Shown here piece after piece: positions 31,956-42,577 of a stretch of 64,000 nucleotides of DNA (position 1 is its first letter; each line of letters begins with the position of its first letter). The DNA is taken from assembly GCA_963727625.1 (NCBI GenBank), contig CAVSHR010000003.1, positions 128,001-192,000 of the forward strand, given 5' to 3'. The translations under genes were made by a program, and so were the position numbers. The notes beneath the pieces are model-generated. The model made no database searches and was not told where the DNA came from. It saw only the letters and a list, made by a program, of their open reading frames with translations. The stretch comes from an uncultured delta proteobacterium (lineage in GTDB: Bacteria; Desulfobacterota; Binatia; UBA9968).

Positions 31956-33059
31956 TCACGGCCAGATCTCCGCGGCGGCGTGGACAACGAGATCGAGCTT
32001 GCGCTTTTGATCGCTCGGTGAAATGCGATTGCCGAAAATTGAAGAAGCGAAGCCGCACTGCGGGCTCAGTCCTAGCCGGTCTTTTGAAATGTACCGGGTG
32101 GCTTCGGTGATGCGTTCCGTCAACACTTCGATCGATTCCAAATCCGGTTTTTTCGTCGTTACCAGTCCTAAGACGACAAATTTTTCGCTCGGCACATCCC
32201 GCAACGGCTCGAATGACCCGGAGCGAGCATCGTCGTATTCCAACAGCAGCCGCTGGGCTTGAATGCCGCGGAACAAGTTGCGGCTGATCGCTTCATAACC
32301 CCCTTGTGACAGCCACCGGCTGCCCTGGTTGCCGCGTCAAATGTGAAACCCGAAGGTGACATCATTAAAGCCCTTGATTACGGCGTTGTCGAGTTCGATG
32401 CCGAGGGAAAGCCATTTTTCCAAACTCCAGCCGAGTCCTTCATAGAAGGCGCGGGTGCTAGGATCGACCAGCAACCCGTAATGCGGCGCATCGATCTGAA
32501 TGTATGCTGCGCCGAGGCGATTCAATTCCGCGACCTCATCGCGCAAGATTTTTACAATATCGGCGAGAAAGCCGTCGAGCGTCGGATAGGCAGCGGAAGA
32601 ATATTTCGGCGACCAAAAATTGGCCCATAAACTGGGACTCGGAAGCGTCACTTTCGGAATTTTCCCGGTTTTGCTCTTGAGGTAAGAAAATTCAGACGCC
32701 GAGAGAAAACGAAGGCGATTCAGTTTGGCGACGGCGCCGAGGCGGCGCGGCCGTCGAGTCTTGTGCACGCCCCCGTCGTCGCGCCAATCGCCCCACAGAA
32801 AAGCGTCGAGATTGAATCGGCCGAAGCCGCTCACCGCGGCGGTCATTTGAGTTTGAAACGACTGGCGGCGCATCTCGCCGTCGGTGACGATTTCCAGGCC
32901 GATACTTTCTTGCAAAGCGATGGCCTCGTCGACGGCGCGGTCTTCTATGACTTTGAACTGAGCAGCCGTTATGACTTCGGCAGCAAGTTGCTTTTGAGCC
33001 TCCAGCAGTTCGGCCGGGCGAAGTAAGCTGCCGACAACGTCGGTATGAGTGGTAATCAC
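31956..33059 (-). CDS. Cobalamin-independent methionine synthase II (half-size MetE-like) family protein, probable selenoprotein; in-frame TGA at 32339-32337 (residue 241 of 367)
   Basis: VGSLLRP, TDGEMRR, QIDAP, then FGFHI-TGA-RGNQGSRWLSQGGYE continuing in frame into LLLEYDDARSGSFEPL and LSPQCGFAS; the two ORF-track pieces are the same frame. Confidence 0.85.
32308..32339 (-). promoter_or_regulatory. UGA plus bacterial SECIS-like hairpin
   Basis: mRNA UGA-CGCGGCAACCAG-GGCAGCC-GGU-GGCUGUC: a 7-bp stem after a 12-nt spacer from UGA, with a GGU apical loop. Confidence 0.65.
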
Positions 33060-33182
33060 AGCACTTTCCCAGCCGTAAAAACCGTCGCGGTGATTCGCCC
33101 TGAATTCACGCGGACCAGAAAATTGTTACAGAAGGTTTTGCTCTTCGAAATTCGCTAGAGGCCGATTGCTATTTCGCTCGGC

Positions 33183-34319
33183 TCAAAATCCCGACAAGCG
33201 ATAAAACGTCGCCGGGTTCGATTCCAAAATTCTAATTTTAGCCGCATCGCTGATATCGGTTCTGTCACGCAGCATTTTCTCAGCGAAACGCTCCCGGTCG
33301 CCGTGCGGCATGTCCGAGCCGAACAGGATCTGGCCGTGGCCGACCAAATCCAAGACTTGCGGCAACAGCACGTCTTCGACTTCAGCGCTGAAATAGAGAT
33401 TGCCCTTCTTGATATAGTCCATGGGCTCGACCTTCTGGACTGGCGCCGTGCGCGAGACCACGTTGGCGAGATTTTTCCCCGAGTGTTGGTAGCGATGGTG
33501 CAATCTTTCGAGGATGAAGTGCACCCAGAGACAGCCGGCTTCCAAATAGACCACGCGGAGACTCGGGAAGCGATCAAAAATCCCGCCGCTCATCATCGAC
33601 ACCAGGCCCATCAGTACCGGCATGGAGAAGGCGATCACGCCGGACGGATAGATATGGCTGTACAGATTATTGATCGACGGGCAGGCCCAGCCGACGTGAA
33701 CGGCGAGCGGCAAATCAACCTCGGCCACGGCTTCATAAAACGGTAGCAAGCCCGGGTCGTCGAGCAAGCGGTCGCCGGCAGTGCCCAGAATCATCATGCC
33801 CACCGCGCCGAGCTTTTTCGATTCCCTAACTTGTCTGACCGCGGCCGGAATATCGTCGAGATTGACCACGCCGACCCATTTGAGCCGCTCTTGGCCCGAT
33901 AGCACGTCGCCAAGCCAACGGTTGTAGGCGTCGCACATGGCGCTGACGTAAGCCGGATTGCAGCTCAGGGGATAGGCTAGAAATAACGTCGGATAAAGTA
34001 CCTGGAGCCAGATGTTCTCTTCGTCCATGATCGCCAGGCGCTCGCTCAAGTTCGTCAACTCCATGCCGCCGACAGTGTCGGGCTTGCGCCGCGCGTGGCG
34101 CACGGGCTTGCCTTGATAGCTCACCGGCGTGCCGAGGTTGTTGCAGCCGCGGCCGACGCGGCGCGGAAAGAGCTGCTCATCGATCATCCAATAGGCCAAA
34201 CCGTCTTCTGCGCCGCTGACCACCTGGGGGCGCTGGGAGCGAAAGGCGGGAGCGAAATATTTGTCGCTGAATGTTGCCAGGTTTTCTTCGACGTGACCGT
34301 CGGCATCGATGACGCGCAT
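33183..34319 (-). CDS. Amidohydrolase-2 family protein
   Basis: IDADGHV, VHVG, LEAG, FGSDMPH; ATG 34319. Confidence 0.9.
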   Translation of the reverse strand: MRVIDADGHVEENLATFSDKYFAPAFRSQRPQVVSGAEDGLAYWMIDEQLFPRRVGRGCNNLGTPVSYQGKPVRHARRKPDTVGGMELTNLSERLAIMDEENIWLQVLYPTLFLAYPLSCNPAYVSAMCDAYNRWLGDVLSGQERLKWVGVVNLDDIPAAVRQVRESKKLGAVGMMILGTAGDRLLDDPGLLPFYEAVAEVDLPLAVHVGWACPSINNLYSHIYPSGVIAFSMPVLMGLVSMMSGGIFDRFPSLRVVYLEAGCLWVHFILERLHHRYQHSGKNLANVVSRTAPVQKVEPMDYIKKGNLYFSAEVEDVLLPQVLDLVGHGQILFGSDMPHGDRERFAEKMLRDRTDISDAAKIRILESNPATFYRLSGF

Positions 34320-34589
34320 GAACAATTCCTCCAGTCGAGTGCTCAGGTTCTTATAACAAGCCTGCTTTGCGCCATTCAACCCGCGTTTTGAATGGAATCC
34401 GGCTCAAGGGAAGCAACGCCGTCTCCGACGATTCGCACGACGACTCTCCGGAGGTGGAGACTATTTCGATGACGCCTACGGAGGCCAAACGCAGGCGAAA
34501 TCAGCGTTGCTCAGTGGGATCGTTCAATCGTGCTCCGCGAGTTTAACATGAGGCGGAAATGGAATTTCAAGCAAGCCAATTTGCGCGGC

Positions 34590-35594
34590 TTACGGCCAGC
34601 CGTAAAAGCGCTTGGCGTTTTCACCCAAAATTTTTGCTTTGGCTTGTTCGGAAATGTCCTTGCGCTCGCGGATGGTGGCGGTGACGAAGGGAAACATTCC
34701 GTCCCAGTGGGGGTAGTCGGAAGCGAAAAGGATTTTGTCGTCGCCGATACGGTCGATGACATAGGGCACCGTTTCTTCTTCGGGCTCCATGGCAAAGAAC
34801 CAGTTGCCATGCTTGATATACTCGCTCGGTTTGCTTTTACAGAGCGGCGCTTCGGCTTTGCCGCGCTTCTCCCACTCTTCGTCCATCCGTTCCGTCCAGT
34901 AGGGCACCCAGCCGACGCCGCATTCGAGAAAAGCGATGCGCAGTTTGGGAAAACGCTCCGCGACCCCGCCATACATCAAGCCGGCAAATTGGATAAATGT
35001 CTCCACGGGACGACCGATGGTGTGCATGAAGATAAAGCTGTCGAAGCGGATTTCACCCGCCGGTCCCTCGCGCCGGTTATGCACGCAGAACGGCACGTCG
35101 AGGCGCTCAAGCTCTTCATAGAGCGGCCAGAAGGTTTTCGAGCCCAAGTGTTCTTTCATGCCTTGCGTAGCCACGGCGATCGAAGCCAAGCCGAGCTTGG
35201 TGACGGCGCGGTTGGCTTCTTCAACCGCCGCTTTCGGGTCTTGCAGCGGCACTAGAGCAACTGCCTTGAGCCGCGGACTTTGGCTGCACACTTCGGCGAT
35301 GAAATCGTTGTAAGCGCGCGCGTAGGCGACCGCGTAGTCGTGTTCGAGCATGCCGTTGACGGCAAAACTGCTGGTGGGAAACAGGACGGAAACATCGATC
35401 TTTTCTTTGTCCATGTCCCGGAGGCGAGTGGGCAGATCGTTTTTCTCCAAGCCACCCAATAATCCCCCCATGTTGGTATCCATGCCGTCGGACGGCAACA
35501 GTCCGCCGGTGCGTTTTGAATACGGTTCTGGCAGGCGTTTACGTATATCGGTATCTTTTTCGACGATGTGGCCGTCGGCATCGATCGTGTTCAT
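34590..35594 (-). CDS. Amidohydrolase-2 family protein
   Basis: IDADGHI, FLECGVGW, FASDYPHWD, ILGENAKRFY. Confidence 0.9.
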   Translation of the reverse strand: MNTIDADGHIVEKDTDIRKRLPEPYSKRTGGLLPSDGMDTNMGGLLGGLEKNDLPTRLRDMDKEKIDVSVLFPTSSFAVNGMLEHDYAVAYARAYNDFIAEVCSQSPRLKAVALVPLQDPKAAVEEANRAVTKLGLASIAVATQGMKEHLGSKTFWPLYEELERLDVPFCVHNRREGPAGEIRFDSFIFMHTIGRPVETFIQFAGLMYGGVAERFPKLRIAFLECGVGWVPYWTERMDEEWEKRGKAEAPLCKSKPSEYIKHGNWFFAMEPEEETVPYVIDRIGDDKILFASDYPHWDGMFPFVTATIRERKDISEQAKAKILGENAKRFYGWP

Positions 35595-35723
35595 GGCGCT
35601 TCCTCCGCAGTGATAGTCGTCGAAGAAATCTTCGACGGCCCGGAGCTTAGTCGGAGGACCGTGCCGCTGTCAACGCTAAAACCGTAGAATAAATTTCGAA
35701 TGTAAATCGGGAAAGGGCTAAGC

Positions 35724-36044
35724 TTAGCGCCGCCTTGAGCCGGTGGACGCAGTGGGGATTTGATTTGACGCAAGCTCTTGCGCCTCTTCTTCACTCAAGG
35801 TGCGGGTCTTTTCGACCTCCGCTTCGCGCGCCACCAACACGCGCACTTGTCCCTGCGCCATCGGCTTGGCGTAGGTCTTGATCAGCCAGACTTTGCCGGT
35901 GAAGCGGTTGATTTTATAGGCGGCGTCGACCGGCCCGCTCGGCGGAGTGACTGTGTACACTCCGCCGAGCAAGAAGGCGGCTAGCAACAAGATTGCCGCG
36001 CCAGCGCCGGCCCAAAGAAACCTTTTCATCGCGGCTGAATTCAT
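35724..36044 (-). CDS. Small membrane-anchored or exported hypothetical protein
   Basis: AAGGGAG RBS before ATG 36044; N-terminal hydrophobic helix; YKINRFTGKVW. Confidence 0.6.
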   Translation of the reverse strand: MNSAAMKRFLWAGAGAAILLLAAFLLGGVYTVTPPSGPVDAAYKINRFTGKVWLIKTYAKPMAQGQVRVLVAREAEVEKTRTLSEEEAQELASNQIPTASTGSRRR

Positions 36045-36081
36045 TGGCGCTCCCTTCGCCGGCCCGACGGTCGCGGGCAAG

Positions 36082-36438
36082 TTAGTATTCACTGCGCTGG
36101 CGCTGTAACCGCTGAATCTCCTGCTGGTTGCGGTTAATCTCGGTTTGATTGCGGTAGAGCTGCTGCTGTTGCTGATAGTTGGTATTTTCCTGACCCTGCA
36201 ACTGATCCCCGACCAAGGCGCCGGCGCCAAGACCGAGCGCACCACCGATCGCCGCCCCCGCGCCTGGATGCCCAACTGCCGCGCCGACGATGCCGCCGGC
36301 CGCCGCCCCGCCAAGCGCGCCGATGCCGGCCCCCTTTTCTCGCGTGCTGAGCGGTCCGCCCGCGCAGCCGGTCAGCAAAAGCGTTCCAGCAACAAACGTC
36401 ACTGCCGTGGCATTAAGAATTTTCTCACTGGCAAACAT
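36082..36438 (-). CDS. Glycine-zipper lipoprotein
   Basis: GGAGGAG RBS; lipobox LTGC; GAGIGALGGAAAGGIVGAAVG; Gln-rich coiled tail. Confidence 0.85.
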   Translation of the reverse strand: MFASEKILNATAVTFVAGTLLLTGCAGGPLSTREKGAGIGALGGAAAGGIVGAAVGHPGAGAAIGGALGLGAGALVGDQLQGQENTNYQQQQQLYRNQTEINRNQQEIQRLQRQRSEY

Positions 36439-36460
36439 AAGCTCCTCCACTTTCCTTCCG

Positions 36461-36766
36461 CTAAAACTTGTTGGGTTTTCCCTCGCCCTTTGCTTTGCCG
36501 TTGTTTTGTTTAACCCGGTCCGCACCGCTTTCTTTTTCGTCGTGCATTTTGTGGCGTTCCTCGGCACGCATCCAGCCCCGCTCGGGATCGGCAGACCATT
36601 GGCTATTGGTATTCAAAGTGCCGTTTTCGCTCCTGTGCGCGGTAGCCTTACCGCCACGCGGTTTTCCGGCGTCTTTGCCGGCGCCTGCGGCCTCGGAGGC
36701 GTTAGACCATAAGACCAGCAGCCCGCTGAGCAGGACTGCAACTAAAACGTTGCCAGACGCTTTCAT
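36461..36766 (-). CDS. Small secreted hypothetical protein
   Basis: Signal peptide ending ASEA; low-complexity G/K-rich body; GGGGAG RBS. Confidence 0.7.
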   Translation of the reverse strand: MKASGNVLVAVLLSGLLVLWSNASEAAGAGKDAGKPRGGKATAHRSENGTLNTNSQWSADPERGWMRAEERHKMHDEKESGADRVKQNNGKAKGEGKPNKF

Positions 36767-36777
36767 CTCTCCCCCTT

Positions 36778-36981
36778 TCAGGCTTTTGAAGGCTCCCCGC
36801 CGGACTGTGTCGCTTTAATGGAACCAGTCGCGGTCAAGGCTTCGTGCAAGGGTTGCAGTTGAACCTTATTGATATTCTCATTTATGCGCCGGGCCATTTC
36901 GGTTACCAGCCCGAGGATCGCCATGAAATTGCCTGATTTCAGTGACCGTTGCTGACTATTGTCGGATGTTTTTGTTTTCAT
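36778..36981 (-). CDS. Hypothetical 67-aa protein, first ORF after a sigma54 promoter
   Basis: AAAGG RBS; lies between the promoter at 37018-37033 and the next gene. Confidence 0.35.
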   Translation of the reverse strand: MKTKTSDNSQQRSLKSGNFMAILGLVTEMARRINENINKVQLQPLHEALTATGSIKATQSGGEPSKA

Positions 36982-37017
36982 AACTTTGCCTTTCTCGCTT
37001 TCCCGATCACCCTGAAC

Positions 37018-37033
37018 GCAACGCCGATGCCAA
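37018..37033 (-). promoter_or_regulatory. sigma54 (-24/-12) promoter
   Basis: Minus strand TTGGCATCGGCGTTGC = TGGCA...TTGC with GG-N10-GC spacing. Confidence 0.75.
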
Positions 37034-37183
37034 GCGAACTTATCATGCTATTTCAATCACTTATGACAAATCCGTAGTACTTATCACCAAGTAAATATGT
37101 CGGCTAACCGGGAGAAATTACCGGGCGTGCCAACCGCTGCCGCAACCGCACCACCGGCGGGATCTACGAGTGGGCTGGGAAAA

Positions 37184-37852
37184 CTATCTGAGGGCACGTA
37201 GTGCTTGGATACGTTCTGAAGTCGCGGGGTGAGTTGAAAGGATGCCGCCACCGGTGTCGCCGTTGCGGCGCACGAGCCAGGTCAAGGTGTCGATCATAGT
37301 CTTTTTTGAATAGCCGGCTCGTTGCAAAAGAGTGACTGCGTGTCGGTCGGCTTCAAGCTCGAGCGGACGGGTGTAACTGTTGCTGATCAATGTGCCGGCA
37401 ATCGGGGTTACCGAACTGCTGCCGGGAATAAGTTCTTCCAACAACGCAACTCCCATGCTAACGCCGGTGCCGATGATCTGTGCCTTGGCAGGATGACCGA
37501 GATCCTCATGAGCGATCTCATGGGCGAGCACGCCGCGCAGTTGCTCATCGTTGGCGCGATGCAACAGGCCGGAGGTGACGTAGTAATGGCCGTTACCCGC
37601 GCTCGCGGCATTAATCGCCGGATCATCGACGATGGACAAGCGGACCTCCTCACGCGCTAGGCGCTGATCTGTGACGCGCAGTAGCGGCAGCATGACCGAG
37701 CGCAGCCGGGCCGTCTGTTGTTCCGCGCGGGCCGAAGAGTAGTCGCGCCGATCTTCCCGCTCATTGCGAAATGCGCCGGCTTGGGACGCGGCGCTGAGAA
37801 AAAACACGGCGGTTAAAAAGACCAGCCACCGGGTCGGTTGGTTCATCGTCAT
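37184..37852 (-). CDS. M48-family zinc metallopeptidase, exported
   Basis: INA, LRGVLAHEIAH, ELEADR, STHPATSERI; signal peptide; alternative start 37885. Confidence 0.88.
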   Translation of the reverse strand: MTMNQPTRWLVFLTAVFFLSAASQAGAFRNEREDRRDYSSARAEQQTARLRSVMLPLLRVTDQRLAREEVRLSIVDDPAINAASAGNGHYYVTSGLLHRANDEQLRGVLAHEIAHEDLGHPAKAQIIGTGVSMGVALLEELIPGSSSVTPIAGTLISNSYTRPLELEADRHAVTLLQRAGYSKKTMIDTLTWLVRRNGDTGGGILSTHPATSERIQALRALR

Positions 37853-37910
37853 AGCCTCTGACTTGGCGCTTGTAAGGGTGGACATAATTCTATCCAGAAT
37901 TTAAATTAGA

Positions 37911-37925
37911 GCAATGCCCATGCCA
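37911..37925 (-). promoter_or_regulatory. sigma54 (-24/-12) promoter
   Basis: Minus strand TGGCATGGGCATTGC = GG-N10-GC, upstream of the M48 gene. Confidence 0.75.
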
Positions 37926-38006
37926 CCGAACAGTCCCGGTAATGACGAGAGTTGCGCGAAGATGGCCGTCGCCGGCCGGGAATAAATGTTCGGCGCCGGG
38001 GAAAAA

Positions 38007-39362
<1,356 letters not shown>

Positions 39363-40898
39363 TTATTGTATCGCCTCCAGGGGCAGCGTGATTCGGAAAG
39401 TCGCGCCGTTCCCGTCACCGTTACGATCATGATAGACCAGCGAGCCGCCATGGGATTCGACAATCAACTGGCTGAGCGGCAAGCCGATTCCGCTGCCGCC
39501 GACTTTAGTGGTTTTGCCGAATTCAAACAATTCCGCGCGCCGTTCAGGCGGCACGCCCGGGCCCGCGTCGCTGATTTCGACGACCAACTCCCGGTCGTTG
39601 TAATTGGCCGACACGTGAATTTCGCCGCCGTCGGGCTGCGCTTCCATGGCGTTGCGCAACAAGTTATCAAAGCTCTGACGCAGCCGGGTCGCATCCCCCT
39701 GGATTGGCCATGGTCCGGGCGCGAGCGTGGCCGCAAGCTTGATCTTTTTTACCGCGCAGGCCGAGCCCGCCGCCTCCAAGCTCTTGCCCAGTACTTCGCC
39801 GACATCGATCGGTTTTTTTTCCATCGCCACCGGCGCCGAGTAGTCGGTAAAGTCGCGCACCAAGCGATCGACTTGACGTATGCTCGAATCCAGCGCCGAA
39901 AGCGAGCGGCGTGATTGCGCGTCGTTATCATCTTCGGCGCTGACCTTGTTGCGCAGCACCTCGAGATGAATCGTTAGCGCGTTGAGCGGGGTTTTCACCT
40001 CGTGAGCGAGAGTTCGCGCGGCGATCGCCAGGCGCTGCACCGGCGCCGGCACACCGACGATTTTGCGCTGCTTCATCACCAAGCGGTCGATCAAATCCAG
40101 GCTCGCGCCAACTTCGTCGTCGCTGGCGTAGGTGGGGCGAGCGGCGTAGGTGCCTGCTTCGGCCTGGCGCAGGGTATCGCTGATCAGGCGAAAGCGGCGG
40201 GTGTAGAGCGCGGTGGTGACGAAAGCGCTGAGCAGCGCCACGACTCCGCCGAGGATGAAGAGCAAAATAAACTGGTGCCATAGCCCCGACAAGAGTCCGG
40301 TCCAATCGGCCGGATTAATCCAAAGTCGCAGGCCTCCCGGGCTGCTCACGCCGGCGGGCATTTGTAAGGGAACCCAAATGTCGTAGTATGGGATATTGCC
40401 TTGGCGTTTGGCGTTGACGACCGTCTCCCCAGCGCGCAATTTGTCGAGCAGGGTTTCACTAACGAGCGTTCGGTCCCGATCCCCTTCCACCGAGCTGTAG
40501 AGCAATTTCCCTTCCGCGTTGACCACCCACATGGCTGCGATGCTCGCGCTGCGATCGAGAAACGCCTGTATCAGCCCTTTCACTTCGGCCTGGCGCGGCG
40601 GAGTATAGCGCAGGGGCCTGCTCGACGAGCTTCCGGTGCTTTTTCCAGGTAAAAGATTGCCTAGAAAATCCCAAAAAGACGAAGATCGTTGTCCTTGCCG
40701 GGGCTGGACGACAATCGAGCGCTCGCGCAAACTGTCGGCCAGGGCGATTTCTACTTGCCGCGCCATTAACAACGCGGTCTGGAGCGTCGCCTCAGTAGTG
40801 AGGCGCTGGGCGATCAGCCAGATGCCCGCGCCGAGAATGCTGAAAATTACCACGACCGTGCCGCAAAAAACCGCGATTTGTTGCTGGCGTAGACTCAT
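39363..40898 (-). CDS. Membrane sensor histidine kinase
   Basis: Two TM helices, AHEVKTPL, NLLRNAMEA, DAGPG, GSGIGL; abuts the response regulator. Confidence 0.92.
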   Translation of the reverse strand: MSLRQQQIAVFCGTVVVIFSILGAGIWLIAQRLTTEATLQTALLMARQVEIALADSLRERSIVVQPRQGQRSSSFWDFLGNLLPGKSTGSSSSRPLRYTPPRQAEVKGLIQAFLDRSASIAAMWVVNAEGKLLYSSVEGDRDRTLVSETLLDKLRAGETVVNAKRQGNIPYYDIWVPLQMPAGVSSPGGLRLWINPADWTGLLSGLWHQFILLFILGGVVALLSAFVTTALYTRRFRLISDTLRQAEAGTYAARPTYASDDEVGASLDLIDRLVMKQRKIVGVPAPVQRLAIAARTLAHEVKTPLNALTIHLEVLRNKVSAEDDNDAQSRRSLSALDSSIRQVDRLVRDFTDYSAPVAMEKKPIDVGEVLGKSLEAAGSACAVKKIKLAATLAPGPWPIQGDATRLRQSFDNLLRNAMEAQPDGGEIHVSANYNDRELVVEISDAGPGVPPERRAELFEFGKTTKVGGSGIGLPLSQLIVESHGGSLVYHDRNGDGNGATFRITLPLEAIQ

Positions 40899-41002
40899 CC
40901 GGCGATAAGGATAGCAGATCGGGCAAAGCCAGCAAAGTTTCTTGTTTGTGCCAAACAGGTTCGCCTTGCGCCCCCTAGCCCTTTATTGCATATTGAAGTG
41001 TA

Positions 41003-42013
41003 ATGCTCGTCGATATTTTCAAACGCCCGCTCAAGGACCTGCGCATCTCAGTGACTGACCGGTGCAATTTCCGTTGCACCTATTGCATGCCGTTGGATGA
41101 GTACGAGTGGATCGACAAAAAAGAAATTTTGACCTTCGAGGAGATCACCCGGTTAGCGAAGCTTAGCGTCGAGTTCGGCGTCGAGAAGATTCGCCTGACC
41201 GGTGGCGAGCCACTGGTGAGGAAGGATTTGCCGGTGCTGATTGAAAAGCTTGCCGTGCTCCGAGGATTGGAAGACCTCTGTCTCACGACCAACGGCGCCT
41301 TGCTGAGCGAGCGGATTCAGGCGCTTAAGGCAGCCGGCCTGCAGCGCATCAACATCAGCATCGACAGCCTGGACCCCGACAAGTTCAGGCGCATGACCAA
41401 GCGCGGTGATCTCAACAAAGTGCTGGACGGGATCTTCGCGGCTAAGCAGGCAGGCCTGGCACCGATCAAGCTAAACGCTGTAGTCGAGCGCGGCGTCAAC
41501 GACGATGACATCATTCCGCTGGTCGAGTTTGCCCGGGAACATGGCTTTGCCATGCGCTTCATCGAGTACATGGACGTCGGCAACGCCAACAATTGGACTT
41601 CGGCGAAGCTGGTGCCGAAAACGGAAATCATCGAAAAGATTCACGCGCGCTATCCGCTCAGAGAAATGGGCCGGGATCAGGGTAGCGCACCGTCGGTGGA
41701 TTATGAATTCGTCGACGGACGCGGCGACATCGGCGTGATCGCGTCGGTGACCGAGCCTTTTTGCGGCAGCTGCACGCGCTTGCGTCTAACCGCGGACGGA
41801 AAATTTGTCACCTGCCTGTTCTCCCAGGTGGGACACGACGTCAAAGCCTTGCTACGGGGCGGTGCTACCGATGGCGAGATCAGAACCTTTCTCGCTTCGA
41901 TCTGGCAGAACAGGACGGACCGATATTCCGTCGAACGCCTGGAAGCGATGAAATCGGCTAACTACGACCCCAAGAGCCACCGCAAGATCGAAATGATCTC
42001 GCTAGGCGGTTAA
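41003..42013 (+). CDS. moaA: GTP 3',8-cyclase MoaA
   Basis: LRISVTDRCNFRCTYC, C-terminal CxxC-x13-C cluster, terminal GG. Confidence 0.96.
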   Translation: MLVDIFKRPLKDLRISVTDRCNFRCTYCMPLDEYEWIDKKEILTFEEITRLAKLSVEFGVEKIRLTGGEPLVRKDLPVLIEKLAVLRGLEDLCLTTNGALLSERIQALKAAGLQRINISIDSLDPDKFRRMTKRGDLNKVLDGIFAAKQAGLAPIKLNAVVERGVNDDDIIPLVEFAREHGFAMRFIEYMDVGNANNWTSAKLVPKTEIIEKIHARYPLREMGRDQGSAPSVDYEFVDGRGDIGVIASVTEPFCGSCTRLRLTADGKFVTCLFSQVGHDVKALLRGGATDGEIRTFLASIWQNRTDRYSVERLEAMKSANYDPKSHRKIEMISLGG

Positions 42014-42033
42014 TTCGATCAGGTTTTTTTCCG

Positions 42034-42318
42034 CTAATCTTTCGGCAGCAAGCCGCGGCGCTCCAGACTCGCACGCTCCTCCGGGGTCAAGCGCGGGATG
42101 GTAACGTAGCCACGGTTTTCGTAGACGCGGGCACAACTATCCATAAAGCTTTCGCTAAAAAGAGGTCCGATGCCGACACTTGAACCGCTGCACTCTGCGG
42201 TAGCGCCGGTCTGCGGCTGAATCATTTTTATGGTTTGACTCGCACAGGCAGAAATCGCGAGCAAGCTAAGGGCAAAAACAATCCGTTCGGTGTAAGCGTG
42301 CAACTTTGGGTCTTTCAT
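42034..42318 (-). CDS. Small hypothetical lipoprotein
   Basis: Lipobox ISAC; two further Cys; GAGG RBS. Confidence 0.65.
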   Translation of the reverse strand: MKDPKLHAYTERIVFALSLLAISACASQTIKMIQPQTGATAECSGSSVGIGPLFSESFMDSCARVYENRGYVTIPRLTPEERASLERRGLLPKD

Positions 42319-42473
42319 TTGCCAGGCTTCCTCGTGAGCGAACTTGCGCGGCCCTCTGCAAATGACTAATACCATTTAGGCGCACGATTTAGAACCCCGC
42401 TAACGCGCCGGCGAGGATCGCTGAGCGCCATCGATAGGAATAGCTAGAGTCAACAATTGTCCAGAGGGCGGGA

Positions 42474-42536
42474 ATGTTACTCAAAGACAAGATCGCGCTG
42501 GTCACCGGCTCGACCCACAATATCGGGGCCGATTGA
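42474..42536 (+). pseudogene. N-terminal stub of a short-chain dehydrogenase/reductase
   Basis: Translates MLLKDKIALVTGSTHNIGAD*, a Rossmann TGxxxxIG start; GAGGG RBS. Confidence 0.6.
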
Positions 42537-42577
42537 GTGCGTATCCGCAACGCCCCCTCCGCCAAAGTGAACAATCG

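Noticed and set aside
31956-32276. 106-aa ORF as an independent gene, and 32337-33059 as a complete protein
   Set aside because: Each lacks half of the Zn site; they are one frame joined across the TGA.
34450-34480. GATGACGCCTAC resembling the 3' end of a fluoride riboswitch
   Set aside because: There is no matching 5' P1 or pseudoknot partner, it is on the opposite strand to the flanking genes, and no fluoride-related gene follows.
42534-42536. TGA ending the SDR stub as a read-through codon
   Set aside because: The sequence after it is not SDR-like.
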